A stretch of DNA of 64,000 nucleotides. Source: Gemmatimonas sp. GTDB lineage: Bacteria > Gemmatimonadota > Gemmatimonadetes > Gemmatimonadales > Gemmatimonadaceae. The DNA is taken from positions 4,704,001 to 4,768,000 of the forward strand of contig OZ257156.1 of NCBI GenBank assembly GCA_965279375.1, read 5' to 3'. Below, one piece after another: positions 50,582 through 60,943 of this stretch. The translations under genes were made by a program, and so were the position numbers. Below the pieces are notes generated by a model that did not search any database, was not told the DNA's origin, and was given only the letters and a program-made list of their open reading frames with translations. Numbering within the stretch: position 1 is the first letter of the stretch; each line of letters begins with the position of its first letter.

Positions 50582-52255
50582 TCAACCTTCGTCGAGATCC
50601 AGCCCTGCCCCCCCCTCGTATTCTCGCAATTTGCGATACAAAGTCCGCTCGCCAATCCCCAATCGCTCGGCCGCTTTACGTCGATTCCCGCTCGCATCCC
50701 GGAGCGCCGCCTCGATGGCCGTGCGCTCGATCTCGGCCATGGTCATCCCAGGCCCCAAGGTGATCACGGTCGGCGGCGGCTCCTCATCACGCGGCGCGAT
50801 CCCGCGCAGCCCCCCCATCACAGAGCCGATCTCCACCAAGCCAGCTGCCGCGCCAGCCGTCCCGCTGCGAACGTCCCCCATCCACCCCGGCGCCATCATG
50901 CGAGGGTCCACGCGCGGATCCACCCGCGACTCCTGATCCATCCGGCGCCGCAACTCCTCCACCTGCAGCTTCAGCTCGACAAGCGAGCGTACGATAAACT
51001 CGAGCTCACGCCCCTGCGCACGCTCACCCTCGCGCACGATCGGACCGACATGGACGGGCAGTAGCCGACGTCCGCCCGCATCGCGGATCGCGCGAGGAAT
51101 GTCCTCCGCCACGATCTCGCGCCCGGGCGCCAGCACGACCATGCTCTCGACCAGATTGCGCAGCTCACGCACGTTGCCGGGCCACGGATACTCGACCAGC
51201 AACGCCAATGCGTCCGCCGACAGCCCATGAAACGGTCGATCATGCATCCGTGAGAATTCGGCGACGAATCGACGCACCAAGAGCGGAATATCGTCACGCC
51301 GCTCACGCAGAGGCGGCAGATAGATCCGCAGCACATTGAGCCGGTAGTACAGGTCGGCGCGGAAGCCACCCTCCTCCACATGCTCGCGCAACGGACGGTT
51401 AGTCGCCGCCACCACGCGCACGTCCACCGGAATCGCCTGCCCGCCGCCCACGCGCGTCACTTCACGCTCTTCGAGCACGCGCAACAGCTTCACCTGCGTG
51501 CTCGACGGCACCTCACCGATCTCGTCGAGAAAGAGCGTGCCCGTGTCGGCCAACTCGAACCGGCCAAGCCGACGCTCCGCCGCGCCCGTGAACGCGCCCT
51601 TCTCGTGCCCGAACAGCTCGCTCTCGAGCAACGTGTCCGGCAGCGCGCCCACGTTCACCGCGATGAACGGCTTGCCACGGCGCGGACTCAAGCGATGAAT
51701 CGCGCGCGCCACCAGCTCCTTGCCAGTGCCGCTCTCACCCTCGATCAGCACCGTGCTCGACACCGGCGCGATCTGCTCGATCTTCACCAGCACTTCGCGA
51801 ATGGCCTCCGACTCACCGACCAATCCGGTCAGCTGCGCGAGTCGCTGCCGCTCGAGCCGCCGACGGATCCCGTCCACGACCTCGTCGAGCGCGATCGGCT
51901 TGCTCCAGGTCTCCACGTAGCCCACGTCGCGCACACGCTCCTGCACCACAGGATCGCTCACGTCGGTGAAGCCCACCACCGGCACACCATCCCACAGCTG
52001 CTGCCGCACCAACGCCACGTTCGCGCTGTCGAGCAGCGCGCCCGTCAGCACGAGCACATCCGGACGCGCGCGACGCAGATCGCCGCGCACGTCGTCCATC
52101 GGCGAAATCGTGACGGTGGTGATCCCCAACCCTTCGAGCGCCGCATTGAGCCGCACAGCCGGCTCCACGTCGGTCATCAAAATCGCGACGACGCCCGACT
52201 CGTTGTCCTCCGTACTGCCGCGCCGCACGACCGCGGTGCGCGACCGTTCGCTCAC
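50582..52255 (-). CDS. sigma54-dependent activator (bEBP) with degenerate receiver and Fis HTH
   Basis: [63 protein letters not shown] overlap start. Receiver reads PDVLVLTG, with Thr in place of Asp. Confidence 0.93.
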   Translation of the reverse strand: MSERSRTAVVRRGSTEDNESGVVAILMTDVEPAVRLNAALEGLGITTVTISPMDDVRGDLRRARPDVLVLTGALLDSANVALVRQQLWDGVPVVGFTDVSDPVVQERVRDVGYVETWSKPIALDEVVDGIRRRLERQRLAQLTGLVGESEAIREVLVKIEQIAPVSSTVLIEGESGTGKELVARAIHRLSPRRGKPFIAVNVGALPDTLLESELFGHEKGAFTGAAERRLGRFELADTGTLFLDEIGEVPSSTQVKLLRVLEEREVTRVGGGQAIPVDVRVVAATNRPLREHVEEGGFRADLYYRLNVLRIYLPPLRERRDDIPLLVRRFVAEFSRMHDRPFHGLSADALALLVEYPWPGNVRELRNLVESMVVLAPGREIVAEDIPRAIRDAGGRRLLPVHVGPIVREGERAQGRELEFIVRSLVELKLQVEELRRRMDQESRVDPRVDPRMMAPGWMGDVRSGTAGAAAGLVEIGSVMGGLRGIAPRDEEPPPTVITLGPGMTMAEIERTAIEAALRDASGNRRKAAERLGIGERTLYRKLREYEGGAGLDLDEG

Positions 52256-53364
52256 GCCTTCCCCGCCCGCTTGTAGAAGGGCAACGCGACGACACGCGCC
52301 GGGACCGTCTTGCCGCGAATGTCGAGGTCGAACGTCGTCCCGACCACCGCCGCGGCCGCTGGCAAATAGCACGTACCGATCGGGATGCCGAGCGTGGGAC
52401 TCATGGTGCCGCTGCGCACTTCGCCGAAACGCACGCCACCGTAGGTCACGCCGTGGCCGTGCCGCGGAATGGCTCGTTCGTCGATCGTGAAGCCAACCAG
52501 CTTGCGATCCGTGCCTTCGGTGTGCTGCCGCGCGAGCACATCACGACCGAGGAACGGCTCCGACTTGCCGAGCTTCACCAGCCACGAGAGACCGGCCTCG
52601 ATCGGCGTCACCGCATCATCCAGCTCGTTGCCGTACAGGCACAACCCGGCCTCGAGACGCAGCGTATCTCGGCAGCCCAGCCCCGCTGGTACCACCTTGC
52701 CGGTGGCCATCAGCGCCGACCAGATCGTGCCCACATGCTCCGAGGCGCAGTACAACTCCCACCCCAGCTCACCCGTGTAACCGGTGCGCGAAATGATGCA
52801 CGGCACGCCTGCGACGGTGCCTTCGGTGAACCAGTAGTATTTCACCCCGCCCAGCGGCACGCTCGACAGCGACTGCACGATTGCAGGAGCATCAGGCCCC
52901 TGCACGGCCACCAGCGCCGTCGCGTCGGACACATCGACCATCGAGCAATCGAATCCCTCGATGTTCGCCTTAAGATGCGCGATGTCCTTGTCCTTGTTGC
53001 TCGCGTTGATCACGAGCATGAGCTGGTCAGCCATGCGATAGACGAGCAGGTCATCGACGATGGTGCCATCCTCGCGCAGCAGCGTCGAGTACTGCACCTG
53101 CCCAACCGCAAGCGCCGCGACGTCGTTGCTCGTGACGGAATTGACGAACCGGATGGCGTCCGGCCCCTTCACCATCACCTCGCCCATGTGCGACACATCG
53201 AACAGGCCGCACGCCTCGCGCACGGCCTTGTGCTCCGTGGAAATGCCCTGCGGATAGTTGACCGGCATTTCGTAGCCGGCAAACGGGACGATCTTCGCGC
53301 CGAGCGCGACATGAACGTCGTGGAGCGGAGTGCGCTTCAGCGCACCGTCAGTCGTAGCAGTCAT
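52252..53364 (-). CDS. gcvT: Glycine cleavage system aminomethyltransferase T
   Basis: RTPLH..H, FAGYEMP, FDVSHMG, SRTGYTGE, GLGCRDTLRLEAG..LYG. Confidence 0.96.
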   Translation of the reverse strand: MTATTDGALKRTPLHDVHVALGAKIVPFAGYEMPVNYPQGISTEHKAVREACGLFDVSHMGEVMVKGPDAIRFVNSVTSNDVAALAVGQVQYSTLLREDGTIVDDLLVYRMADQLMLVINASNKDKDIAHLKANIEGFDCSMVDVSDATALVAVQGPDAPAIVQSLSSVPLGGVKYYWFTEGTVAGVPCIISRTGYTGELGWELYCASEHVGTIWSALMATGKVVPAGLGCRDTLRLEAGLCLYGNELDDAVTPIEAGLSWLVKLGKSEPFLGRDVLARQHTEGTDRKLVGFTIDERAIPRHGHGVTYGGVRFGEVRSGTMSPTLGIPIGTCYLPAAAAVVGTTFDLDIRGKTVPARVVALPFYKRAGKA

Positions 53365-53469
53365 GGGCCTGGATCCGGGTCAACGCGGCGTCGAATGCGC
53401 CGCGTTGTAAGATGCCCGCAGATCGGACGACATGCCAGCGTGGCAGGCTACAATGCCACGATTACTTGC

Positions 53470-53937
53470 CTACAACTCCGCGATCGCCGCGATCACTTCG
53501 GCGGCATGCCCGGCCGGCTTCACCTTGGTGAAGACCTTCGCGACCTTCCCCTTCTTGTCGATCAGGAAGGTGGTCCGCTCCACCCCCATGTACTTCCTGC
53601 CGTACATGGACTTCTCCTTCCAGACGTCGTAGGCCTGCGCCACGACCTTCTCGGTGTCGGCCAGCAACGTGAACGGCAGCTCGTACTTGGTCTTGAACTT
53701 CACGTGCGACTTCACGGGATCAGGGCTCACCCCCAGCACAACGGCCTTGGAGCCATCGAATCGCGGGAAGAGGTCGCGAAACTCACACGCTTCGGTGGTG
53801 CACCCGGAGGTGTCGTCCTTCGGGTAGAAGTACAGGACCACGGGACGTCCGCGCAGCGACGAAAGCTTCATCGGCGTGCCCGCGTCGGTGTCCAGCGTGA
53901 AATCCGGGGCGAGCGAGCCAGCTTCGATGGCAGTCAT
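53470..53937 (-). CDS. bcp: Peroxiredoxin Bcp/PrxQ
   Basis: YFYPKDDTSGCTTEAC, GVSPD, ERTTFLID. Confidence 0.95.
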   Translation of the reverse strand: MTAIEAGSLAPDFTLDTDAGTPMKLSSLRGRPVVLYFYPKDDTSGCTTEACEFRDLFPRFDGSKAVVLGVSPDPVKSHVKFKTKYELPFTLLADTEKVVAQAYDVWKEKSMYGRKYMGVERTTFLIDKKGKVAKVFTKVKPAGHAAEVIAAIAEL

Positions 53938-53994
53938 GGCAACAGTTGGTGTCGGTCGGAAAGGTCGGCGAAACGCAGGAACGCGCGATCAGCG

Positions 53995-54915
53995 TCAGCC
54001 GAGGGATTCGTTGCCCATCAGCACGGCCATGATCGCCTTCTGGATGTGCAGGCGGTTCTCGGCTTCATCCCACACGACCGACTGCGGCCCGTCGATCACC
54101 TCCGCCGACACCTCCTCGCCGCGATGCGCCGGCAGGCAGTGCAGGAAGATCGCGTGCTTGGCCGCGCGGGCCATCAGCGCCGAGTTCACCTGATAGCCGC
54201 TGAACGCGCGCTCACGGTGCGCTTGCTCCTCCTCCTGCCCCATCGATGCCCACACGTCGGTGGTGACGACGTCAGCGCCGTCAACAGCCTCCGCGGGATC
54301 GCGCACGAGTTGCACATCAGCGCCAGACGCCGACGCGAGGAAACGCAGGTCGGGATCGAAGCCCTCCGGACACGCCAGCCGGAGTGAGAAGCCCAGGTGC
54401 GCCGCCGCTTCGATCCAGGAGTTGGCCATGTTGTTTCCATCGCCAATCCAGGCCACGCGCTTGCCACGATACTCGTGCAAGTGCTGCTGCACGGTGAGAA
54501 TGTCGGCCATCACCTGGCAGGGATGCGACAGATCGGTCAGCCCGTTGATGACGGGCACGCTGGCATACGCCGCCAATTGCTCCGCGTCCGCATGCGCGTA
54601 CGTGCGGATCATGATGCCGTGCGCGTAGCGCGACAGCACCCGCGCCGTATCGGCAATCGGTTCGCCACGCCCAATCTGCACATCGCGCGGCGACAGGAAG
54701 TGCGCCGTGCCACCCAGCTGCGACGCACCCACCTCGAACGACATGCGCGTTCGCGTGGATGACTTCATGAAGATCATCGCCAACGCCTTCCCGGCCAGCG
54801 GTTTGGCATCGTACGCGCCGCGCCGCATACGCTCGGCCAGCGCCAGCAGCGCGGCATTCTCGCGCTCGGAGAAGTCCACGATGTTCAGGAAGTCGCGATG
54901 CGAGGCTGCAGGCAT
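53995..54915 (-). CDS. argF: Ornithine carbamoyltransferase
   Basis: SSTRTR, HPCQ, GDGNN, TDVWASMGQE, FLHCLP, EAENRLH. Confidence 0.96.
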   Translation of the reverse strand: MPAASHRDFLNIVDFSERENAALLALAERMRRGAYDAKPLAGKALAMIFMKSSTRTRMSFEVGASQLGGTAHFLSPRDVQIGRGEPIADTARVLSRYAHGIMIRTYAHADAEQLAAYASVPVINGLTDLSHPCQVMADILTVQQHLHEYRGKRVAWIGDGNNMANSWIEAAAHLGFSLRLACPEGFDPDLRFLASASGADVQLVRDPAEAVDGADVVTTDVWASMGQEEEQAHRERAFSGYQVNSALMARAAKHAIFLHCLPAHRGEEVSAEVIDGPQSVVWDEAENRLHIQKAIMAVLMGNESLG

Positions 54916-54955
54916 ATCGTTCGGGTGGAGTGGCGTCAGCAGGGGAAACGCGAGA

Positions 54956-56398
54956 TCAGAGAATATACTTCCGCAGGTCTTCGTCTTCGGAGATGGCCTT
55001 GAGCCGCTCACGTACCATCGCGGAATCGACGGAGACTGTTTCCTTGCCGCGATCCGGCAGTTCGTAGAGCACGTCCTCGAGCAGCGTCGTCATCACGGTG
55101 TGGAGCCGTCGAGCGCCAATGTTCTCCATGCGCTCGTTCACACGCGTGGCCACTCGCGCAATCTCCGCGATACCGTCTGGCTCGAAGGTGAGCGCGGCGC
55201 CTTCCGCTTCCACGAGGGCCGCGTACTGCTTGGTGAGCGCGTTCTCCGGCTCGGTCATGATGCGCACGAAATCCTGCTCCGTGAGCGGCTTGAGCTCGAC
55301 GCGAATCGGGAAGCGCCCCTGCAGCTCGGGAATGAGATCGCTGGGCTTGGAGACGTGAAACGCACCGGCAGCGATGAAGAGGATGTGATCGGTCTTCACC
55401 ATGCCGTAGCGCGTCTGCACGTTGGAGCCCTCAACGATCGGCAGCAGATCGCGTTGCACACCTTCGCGCGAGACATCGGGACCGCCACCTTGACCACGCT
55501 CTCCGGCGATCTTGTCGATCTCGTCGAGGAAGATGATGCCCATGGCTTCGACACGTTCGAGCGCATCGGTGGTGACGTCGTCGAGGTCGATCAGCTTGTC
55601 CAGCTCTTCGTCCAGCAGAATGCGACGCGCTTCGCTCACCTTGACGGTGCGCTTCTTCTTGCGCTTGGGCATCATGTCGCGAAACCACTCGGCGATGCTG
55701 TCCATCCCTTCCGGCGCACCGGGAGTCATCACGTTGCCCGAGGGTGCGGGGCTGGACTGCGTGACTTCGATTTCCACTTCGCGCGCGTCGAGCTGGCCAT
55801 CGAGCAGGAGCTGCCGCAGCTTGTCGCGCGTGCGCTTGTAGCGATCGCTGTTCGCGTCGGGCTCCGAGGTGGTCGAGGCCGGCGTGTCGGCTGTCGCACC
55901 CGCCGTCGCATCGGCCGGTGTCGCTGCCGCACCGGTGACGCCACTGGGGGGCGGCAGCAGCAAATCGAGCAGTCGCTCGTCGACCTTTTCGTTGGCCAGA
56001 TCCTCGACCTCGCTTTCGCGCTCGGTGCGCACCATGTCGATCGCGCCCTCCACGAGGTCGCGCACCATCGATTCGACGTCGCGCCCGACGTAGCCGACTT
56101 CGGTGAACTTGGACGCTTCCACCTTGGTGAACGGCGCGCCGGAAAGCTTGGCAAGACGGCGGGCGATCTCTGTCTTTCCCACGCCCGTGGGTCCGATGAG
56201 GATGATGTTGTTGGGCGAGATCTCCTGTCGGATCTTCTCGGGCGCGCGCTGCCGGCGCCAGCGATTGCGCAGCGCGATGGCGACGGACTTCTTGGCGTCG
56301 GCCTGGCCAACGATGTAGCGATCGAGTTCAGCGACGATCTGGCGCGGCGTCAGGTCGGCAAGACGCGCGATGGCCTGTTCGGTACGGGGAGAGGGCAT
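54956..56398 (-). CDS. hslU: ATP-dependent protease ATPase subunit
   Basis: GPTGVGKTEIARRLA, TEVGYVGRDV, DVSREGVQRD, ENIGARRL. Confidence 0.97.
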   Translation of the reverse strand: MPSPRTEQAIARLADLTPRQIVAELDRYIVGQADAKKSVAIALRNRWRRQRAPEKIRQEISPNNIILIGPTGVGKTEIARRLAKLSGAPFTKVEASKFTEVGYVGRDVESMVRDLVEGAIDMVRTERESEVEDLANEKVDERLLDLLLPPPSGVTGAAATPADATAGATADTPASTTSEPDANSDRYKRTRDKLRQLLLDGQLDAREVEIEVTQSSPAPSGNVMTPGAPEGMDSIAEWFRDMMPKRKKKRTVKVSEARRILLDEELDKLIDLDDVTTDALERVEAMGIIFLDEIDKIAGERGQGGGPDVSREGVQRDLLPIVEGSNVQTRYGMVKTDHILFIAAGAFHVSKPSDLIPELQGRFPIRVELKPLTEQDFVRIMTEPENALTKQYAALVEAEGAALTFEPDGIAEIARVATRVNERMENIGARRLHTVMTTLLEDVLYELPDRGKETVSVDSAMVRERLKAISEDEDLRKYIL

Positions 56399-56430
56399 GT
56401 CGAACGCTAATTTGTCGTCTAGCTTTGGGG

Positions 56431-58866
56431 ATGTCCCTTTTCACATCCGTCGTGATGGGGCTGCAGCTCGCCGTCGCAAGTCCCGCCGCTCCGAGCCCCG
56501 CCGTCACGACTCCTGCCGTACCTCATAGCGCGGACCTCCCGCCCGCCGCGCCTGCCTCTTTTTCACTTTCCTCGCAGAACGCGCTCGTCCATCACGCCCG
56601 ACAGGGCGACGTGGACGTGGCCATGCCCGGCCCGCAGTCCGCGCGCATCGTGGTGGATGGCCGCCTCGACGAGCCGGTCTGGGCGACCGCACAGCTGCTG
56701 ACCGGTTTCTCGCTCTACCAGCCAGCCGACCAGCGTCCGTCGCCCGACTCCACCGAAGTCCTTGTGTGGTACTCGCCCACCGCCATGCACTTCGGCATTC
56801 GTGCCTTCGAGCCGCATGGCAACGTCCGCGCCACCCTCGCCGATCGCGACCGCCTCTCCACCGACGACAATGTGGAGATCCATCTCGACACCTTCGAAGA
56901 GCGGCGACGAGCCTTCGTTTTCATCGTGAACGCGCTCGGCGTGCAGGCCGATGGGACGAAGAGCGAAGGCGGCGGCTTCACGCCGGGCTCGAACATCTCC
57001 CCGGGACAAAACGATCTCAGCGCCGACTTTCAGTGGCAGTCGCGCGGGCATGTGACCGACTGGGGCTACGAAGTCGAGTTGCGCATTCCCTTCAGCAGCC
57101 TGCGCTTCCCGAGCAAGTCCACGCAGCGCTGGGGAATTCAGTTCAGCCGCAACGTGCAGCACTCGGGATATCAGGAGACCTGGACGCCGGTCAAGCGCGG
57201 CGCGGCGTCGTTCATCGCGCAGGAAGGGTGGCTATCCGGACTGCGCGGCATGCAACACGGCCTCGACGTGACGCTCAATCCGGAGCTCACGAGCACCATC
57301 GCCGGCACGCCATCGCCGAGCAATAGCGCAGCGTGGCGCTACGACAGCAAGCCGCGTGTGGGTGGAAACATCCGCGCAGGACTGGGCAGCAACTTCGTGC
57401 TCAATGGCACGATCCGTCCGGACTTCTCCCAGGTTGAAGCCGACGCGACGCAGGTGGCAGCCGACACGCGATTCGCGCTGTTCTATCCGGAGCGTCGGCC
57501 GTTCTTCGTGGAAGGCGCTGATCAGTTCAACGTGCCCAACACGCTGGTGTACACGCGTCGCATCGTGCAGCCCGACGCGGCGCTCAAGCTCACCGGGCGT
57601 CTCGGCCGCGCCAATATCTCCCTGCTCTCCGCGCTCGATGCGTCGGCAAGCGGTGCGGCGCGCGATCGGCCGATGGTGGACATCCTGCGACTCACGCGCG
57701 ACTTCAGTCAGCAGTCGCAGGCCGGCTTCGTCTACAGCGAGCGCGTTGGCGGTGGCGCCAGCAATCGCATGGTGGGCGCCGATGTGCGCCACGTGTTCGG
57801 CCGGATGTACTACGCGCAGCTGCAGTTCGCCGGTAGCACCAGTGAGACCGCGGGCGTGCAGCGTACTGGCGCTCTCTGGGAAGCCGTGGTCGATCGTACC
57901 GGTCGCACGATGGGGTTCCACTACAACGTGCTTGGTATTCGCCCAGACTTTCGCGCGGACAACGGCTTCGTCGCACGCACGGGCTACGTGCAGCCCAGCA
58001 TGAGTCAGCGTATCTCGTTCTTCGGCAAGCCGGGTCGACTATTCGAGCGCTACACGGTGTTCGTCAGCACGTCCGGACTCTGGCGCTACCGCGACTTCTT
58101 CGAAGGCAACAGCATGCTCGAAAGTCGCGTGAGCCTGAACAACTCCGTCACCCTGCGACGCGGCTGGTCGATCAGCGCCAATCCCGCACTGGCGTCGTTC
58201 GCCTTCGATCCGGCGAGCTACAGTACGGTCGCATTCGACAACGGCGCGGGCGCCCCGCAACGGTTCGTGCCCGCTCCGCGCATCACGAGCGGAACCGGGA
58301 CGATCAGCGTATCCACGCCACAGTTTCGCCGCTTCGCCGCCACAGCTGGTGTCACGTGCGCCAACGACGTGGACTTCCTCGAAACGTCACGCGTCGAGCG
58401 GACAGCGTACAACGCCAGCCTCGACCTTCGTCCCAACAGTCGGGTCCGCGTGAATGCCACCTACGCCAGCAACGAGTTCATCCGCAGGCTCGATGGCACG
58501 TCGTCCTTCTCCACGCGTATTCCGCGATTGAAGATGGAGTATCAGGTTGCGCGGCCCGTCTTCGTACGGCTCATCGCCCAGTACGAAGCGAGTCGGCGCG
58601 AGGCGCTGCGCGACTACCGCACCGGCAAAGTGCTGCTGACGCGGCGAACCGACGGCACGTACGTCGCGTCCACGCGACGCGAGTCGAATCTGCTGCGCGC
58701 AGACTGGCTCTTCTCCTACCGACCACGGCCGGGCACGGTGTTCTTCGCCGGATACGGCAGCAGCATGGTCGAGCCGGATGCACTCGCACTGAACGGTCTC
58801 CGCCGTGTCAGCGATGGATTCTTCCTCAAGGCGAGTTGGCTCTTCTCGCGCGCAACGGTGCAGTAG
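56431..58866 (+). CDS. CBM9-like domain + DUF5916-type outer-membrane protein
   Basis: Signal peptide, VDGRLDEPVW, E.RIPFSSLRF, PDFSQVEAD, FYPERRPFF.EG, YTRRI, beta-strand-rich C-terminus. Confidence 0.8.
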   Translation: MSLFTSVVMGLQLAVASPAAPSPAVTTPAVPHSADLPPAAPASFSLSSQNALVHHARQGDVDVAMPGPQSARIVVDGRLDEPVWATAQLLTGFSLYQPADQRPSPDSTEVLVWYSPTAMHFGIRAFEPHGNVRATLADRDRLSTDDNVEIHLDTFEERRRAFVFIVNALGVQADGTKSEGGGFTPGSNISPGQNDLSADFQWQSRGHVTDWGYEVELRIPFSSLRFPSKSTQRWGIQFSRNVQHSGYQETWTPVKRGAASFIAQEGWLSGLRGMQHGLDVTLNPELTSTIAGTPSPSNSAAWRYDSKPRVGGNIRAGLGSNFVLNGTIRPDFSQVEADATQVAADTRFALFYPERRPFFVEGADQFNVPNTLVYTRRIVQPDAALKLTGRLGRANISLLSALDASASGAARDRPMVDILRLTRDFSQQSQAGFVYSERVGGGASNRMVGADVRHVFGRMYYAQLQFAGSTSETAGVQRTGALWEAVVDRTGRTMGFHYNVLGIRPDFRADNGFVARTGYVQPSMSQRISFFGKPGRLFERYTVFVSTSGLWRYRDFFEGNSMLESRVSLNNSVTLRRGWSISANPALASFAFDPASYSTVAFDNGAGAPQRFVPAPRITSGTGTISVSTPQFRRFAATAGVTCANDVDFLETSRVERTAYNASLDLRPNSRVRVNATYASNEFIRRLDGTSSFSTRIPRLKMEYQVARPVFVRLIAQYEASRREALRDYRTGKVLLTRRTDGTYVASTRRESNLLRADWLFSYRPRPGTVFFAGYGSSMVEPDALALNGLRRVSDGFFLKASWLFSRATVQ

Positions 58867-58958
58867 GGCTCGCTGCAGAGCGCGCTCGCATGACTTATGC
58901 ACTACGGTTGGGTGTGCCGAAGGCACGCGTCTCACTTCTCCCAACCGGGATTCAGCCC

Positions 58959-59297
58959 ATGAAGCGCTCACCGCTGTTTCGTAGTTCGATCATCGCAACA
59001 GCGATGCTCGTCGCCGCCTGCTCAGGCGAAAAGAAGGAAGCAGTCGATAGCACCGGCACCGCTGCGGGCGCAATGATGGACAGCGTCGGCAAGGCTGCGG
59101 TCGCCGCCGCTGACAGCGTCAAGGCAGCGGCTGGTGCCATGGTGGACAGCGCGCAGGGCGCCGCGATGTCTGCCGTCGACAGCGCGAAGAAGAAAGCCGA
59201 CGCGATGGTGGACAGCACCAAGGCCAAGTCGGCCGCCGCGATGGACAAGATCGGCGAGAAGGCCAAGGAAGCGAAGAAGGAAATCAAGAAGCCGTAA
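58959..59297 (+). CDS. Small lipoprotein with 11-residue Ala/Lys-rich repeats
   Basis: Lipobox VAAC and six tandem 11-mers with Asp at a fixed position. Confidence 0.8.
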   Translation: MKRSPLFRSSIIATAMLVAACSGEKKEAVDSTGTAAGAMMDSVGKAAVAAADSVKAAAGAMVDSAQGAAMSAVDSAKKKADAMVDSTKAKSAAAMDKIGEKAKEAKKEIKKP

Positions 59298-59332
59298 CGC
59301 GCGCTCAACTGGCGGCGCGTGACGGCTTCCCG

Positions 59333-59878
59333 CTACGCGCTCGGCTCGATGACCGTGATATTCGTGTTCGTGTAGATGCAGATCTCACCAGCAATGGTGA
59401 GCGCCTTCTGCACGATGTCGCGCGGTGACAGCGCGGTCTCTCGCAAGAGCGCCCGCGCTGCCGCTTGCGCATATGCACCACCCGAGCCGATCGCCAGCAC
59501 GCCGTCGTCCGGCTCGATGATCTCGCCGTTGCCCGAGATCATCAGTCCGTTGTCCACGTCGGCCACGATCAGCAGCGCCTCCAGTCGTCGCAGCACGCGA
59601 TCGCTGCGCCACTCCTTCGCCAGCTCCACGGCCGCCTTGGGCAGATTGCCGGGATAGCGATCGAGCTTTTCCTCGAACTTCTCGAAGAGCGTGAGTGCAT
59701 CCGCCGCCGAGCCCGCGAAGCCTGCCAGCACGCGACCGCCCTTGAGGGTGCGCACCTTGACCGCATGCGACTTGGCCACGGTATCGCCGACGGACACCTG
59801 CCCGTCGCCACCGAGAGCGAGTTTGCCGTCGCGCCGAACGGCAAGAATGGTAGTGGCGCGCATCTGTGGGAGAGCCAT
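59333..59878 (-). CDS. hslV: ATP-dependent protease peptidase subunit
   Basis: Catalytic TTIL after a short propeptide, GDGQVS, GFAGS.ADA, AIGSGG, ICIYTN. Confidence 0.97.
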   Translation of the reverse strand: MALPQMRATTILAVRRDGKLALGGDGQVSVGDTVAKSHAVKVRTLKGGRVLAGFAGSAADALTLFEKFEEKLDRYPGNLPKAAVELAKEWRSDRVLRRLEALLIVADVDNGLMISGNGEIIEPDDGVLAIGSGGAYAQAAARALLRETALSPRDIVQKALTIAGEICIYTNTNITVIEPSA

Positions 59879-59948
59879 GTTTGAAAAGTAGCGCACGGCA
59901 CCAGTCGCCACGCCCCCACCTCTCCGCTCGTTCCACTCGCACCTACGC

Positions 59949-60920
59949 ATGTCCACGCCACCGATCAGCTACGCCGACGTCGTCGCCGCGCGCGCTCGTC
60001 TCGCCACCCATCTCGATCCGTCTCCCGTCCGGCACTATCCACTCCTCGACGATCTGGTGGGCCACGGCATTCGAGTGCTGGTCAAGCACGAGAACCACCT
60101 GCCGGTGAACACCTTCAAAGTGCGCAATGCAACATCCGCCCTCACCGCCCTGCCCACCGATGTTGCCGCGCGCGGCGTGGCCGCGGCAAGCACGGGCAAT
60201 CATGGGCAGGGGCTCGCGTGGGCCGGCGCCCGACTGGGCATTCCCGTCACCATCTGCGTGCCGCTGGGCAACAACCCGGACAAGAACGCGGTCATCCGCT
60301 CGTATGGCGCGCGCTTGATCGAAACCGGTCGCACCTACGACGAATCCGCCGCCGCGTGCGCCGAGCTGGCACGCAACGAAGGGCTCACGCTCGTGCACTC
60401 CACCAACAACCACGGCGTCATCGCGGGCGCCGCGACGATGTCGGCCGAGTTCCTCGAGCAGGCCCCCGATCTCTCGGCCGTCATCATCGCACTCGGCGGG
60501 GGCTCACAGGCGGTGGGCGCGATTGTGGTGCGTGACGCGGTGCGACCAGGCGTTGAAGTGTTCGCGGTACAGAGCGACGGCGCCACGGCGCAGCACGACG
60601 CATTTCACGACGGCGTCGCGCGCAGCGGGCAGCGCGCCGACACCTTCGCGGAAGGCATCGCGACGGGTTCCACCTACGAGCTGACGTTCGACACGCTGCG
60701 AGCGGGACTCGCCGACTTCGTGCTCGTCAGCGACGACGCGATCGCGCAGGGGGTACGCGACCTGCTGCGCATTACGCACAACCTCGCCGAAGGATCAGGA
60801 GCGACGGGACTCGCGGGGCTGCACGTGCTGGCGCCACGTCTCGCCGGTCGCACCGTGGGCATCGTGCTGTGTGGCGGCAATCTGGATTCGGCGCGCCTCG
60901 CGACGATTCTCGCTGGCTAG
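59949..60920 (+). CDS. PLP-dependent threonine/serine dehydratase-family protein
   Basis: KHEN....[29 protein letters not shown]. Confidence 0.9.
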   Translation: MSTPPISYADVVAARARLATHLDPSPVRHYPLLDDLVGHGIRVLVKHENHLPVNTFKVRNATSALTALPTDVAARGVAAASTGNHGQGLAWAGARLGIPVTICVPLGNNPDKNAVIRSYGARLIETGRTYDESAAACAELARNEGLTLVHSTNNHGVIAGAATMSAEFLEQAPDLSAVIIALGGGSQAVGAIVVRDAVRPGVEVFAVQSDGATAQHDAFHDGVARSGQRADTFAEGIATGSTYELTFDTLRAGLADFVLVSDDAIAQGVRDLLRITHNLAEGSGATGLAGLHVLAPRLAGRTVGIVLCGGNLDSARLATILAG

Positions 60921-60943
60921 CACCTCACCACGCACCGGCGTTC

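Noticed and set aside
53365..53469. Glycine riboswitch upstream of gcvT
   Set aside because: The spacer is only about 105 bp and lacks recognisable GGAGA...GAAG...CTCAGG aptamer motifs.
52453..56410. Long opposite-strand ORFs (e.g. 52453-54387 and 54707-56410; also 3707-5407, 31611-33191)
   Set aside because: Antisense shadows of well-supported genes, expected in high-GC DNA, with no recognisable domains.
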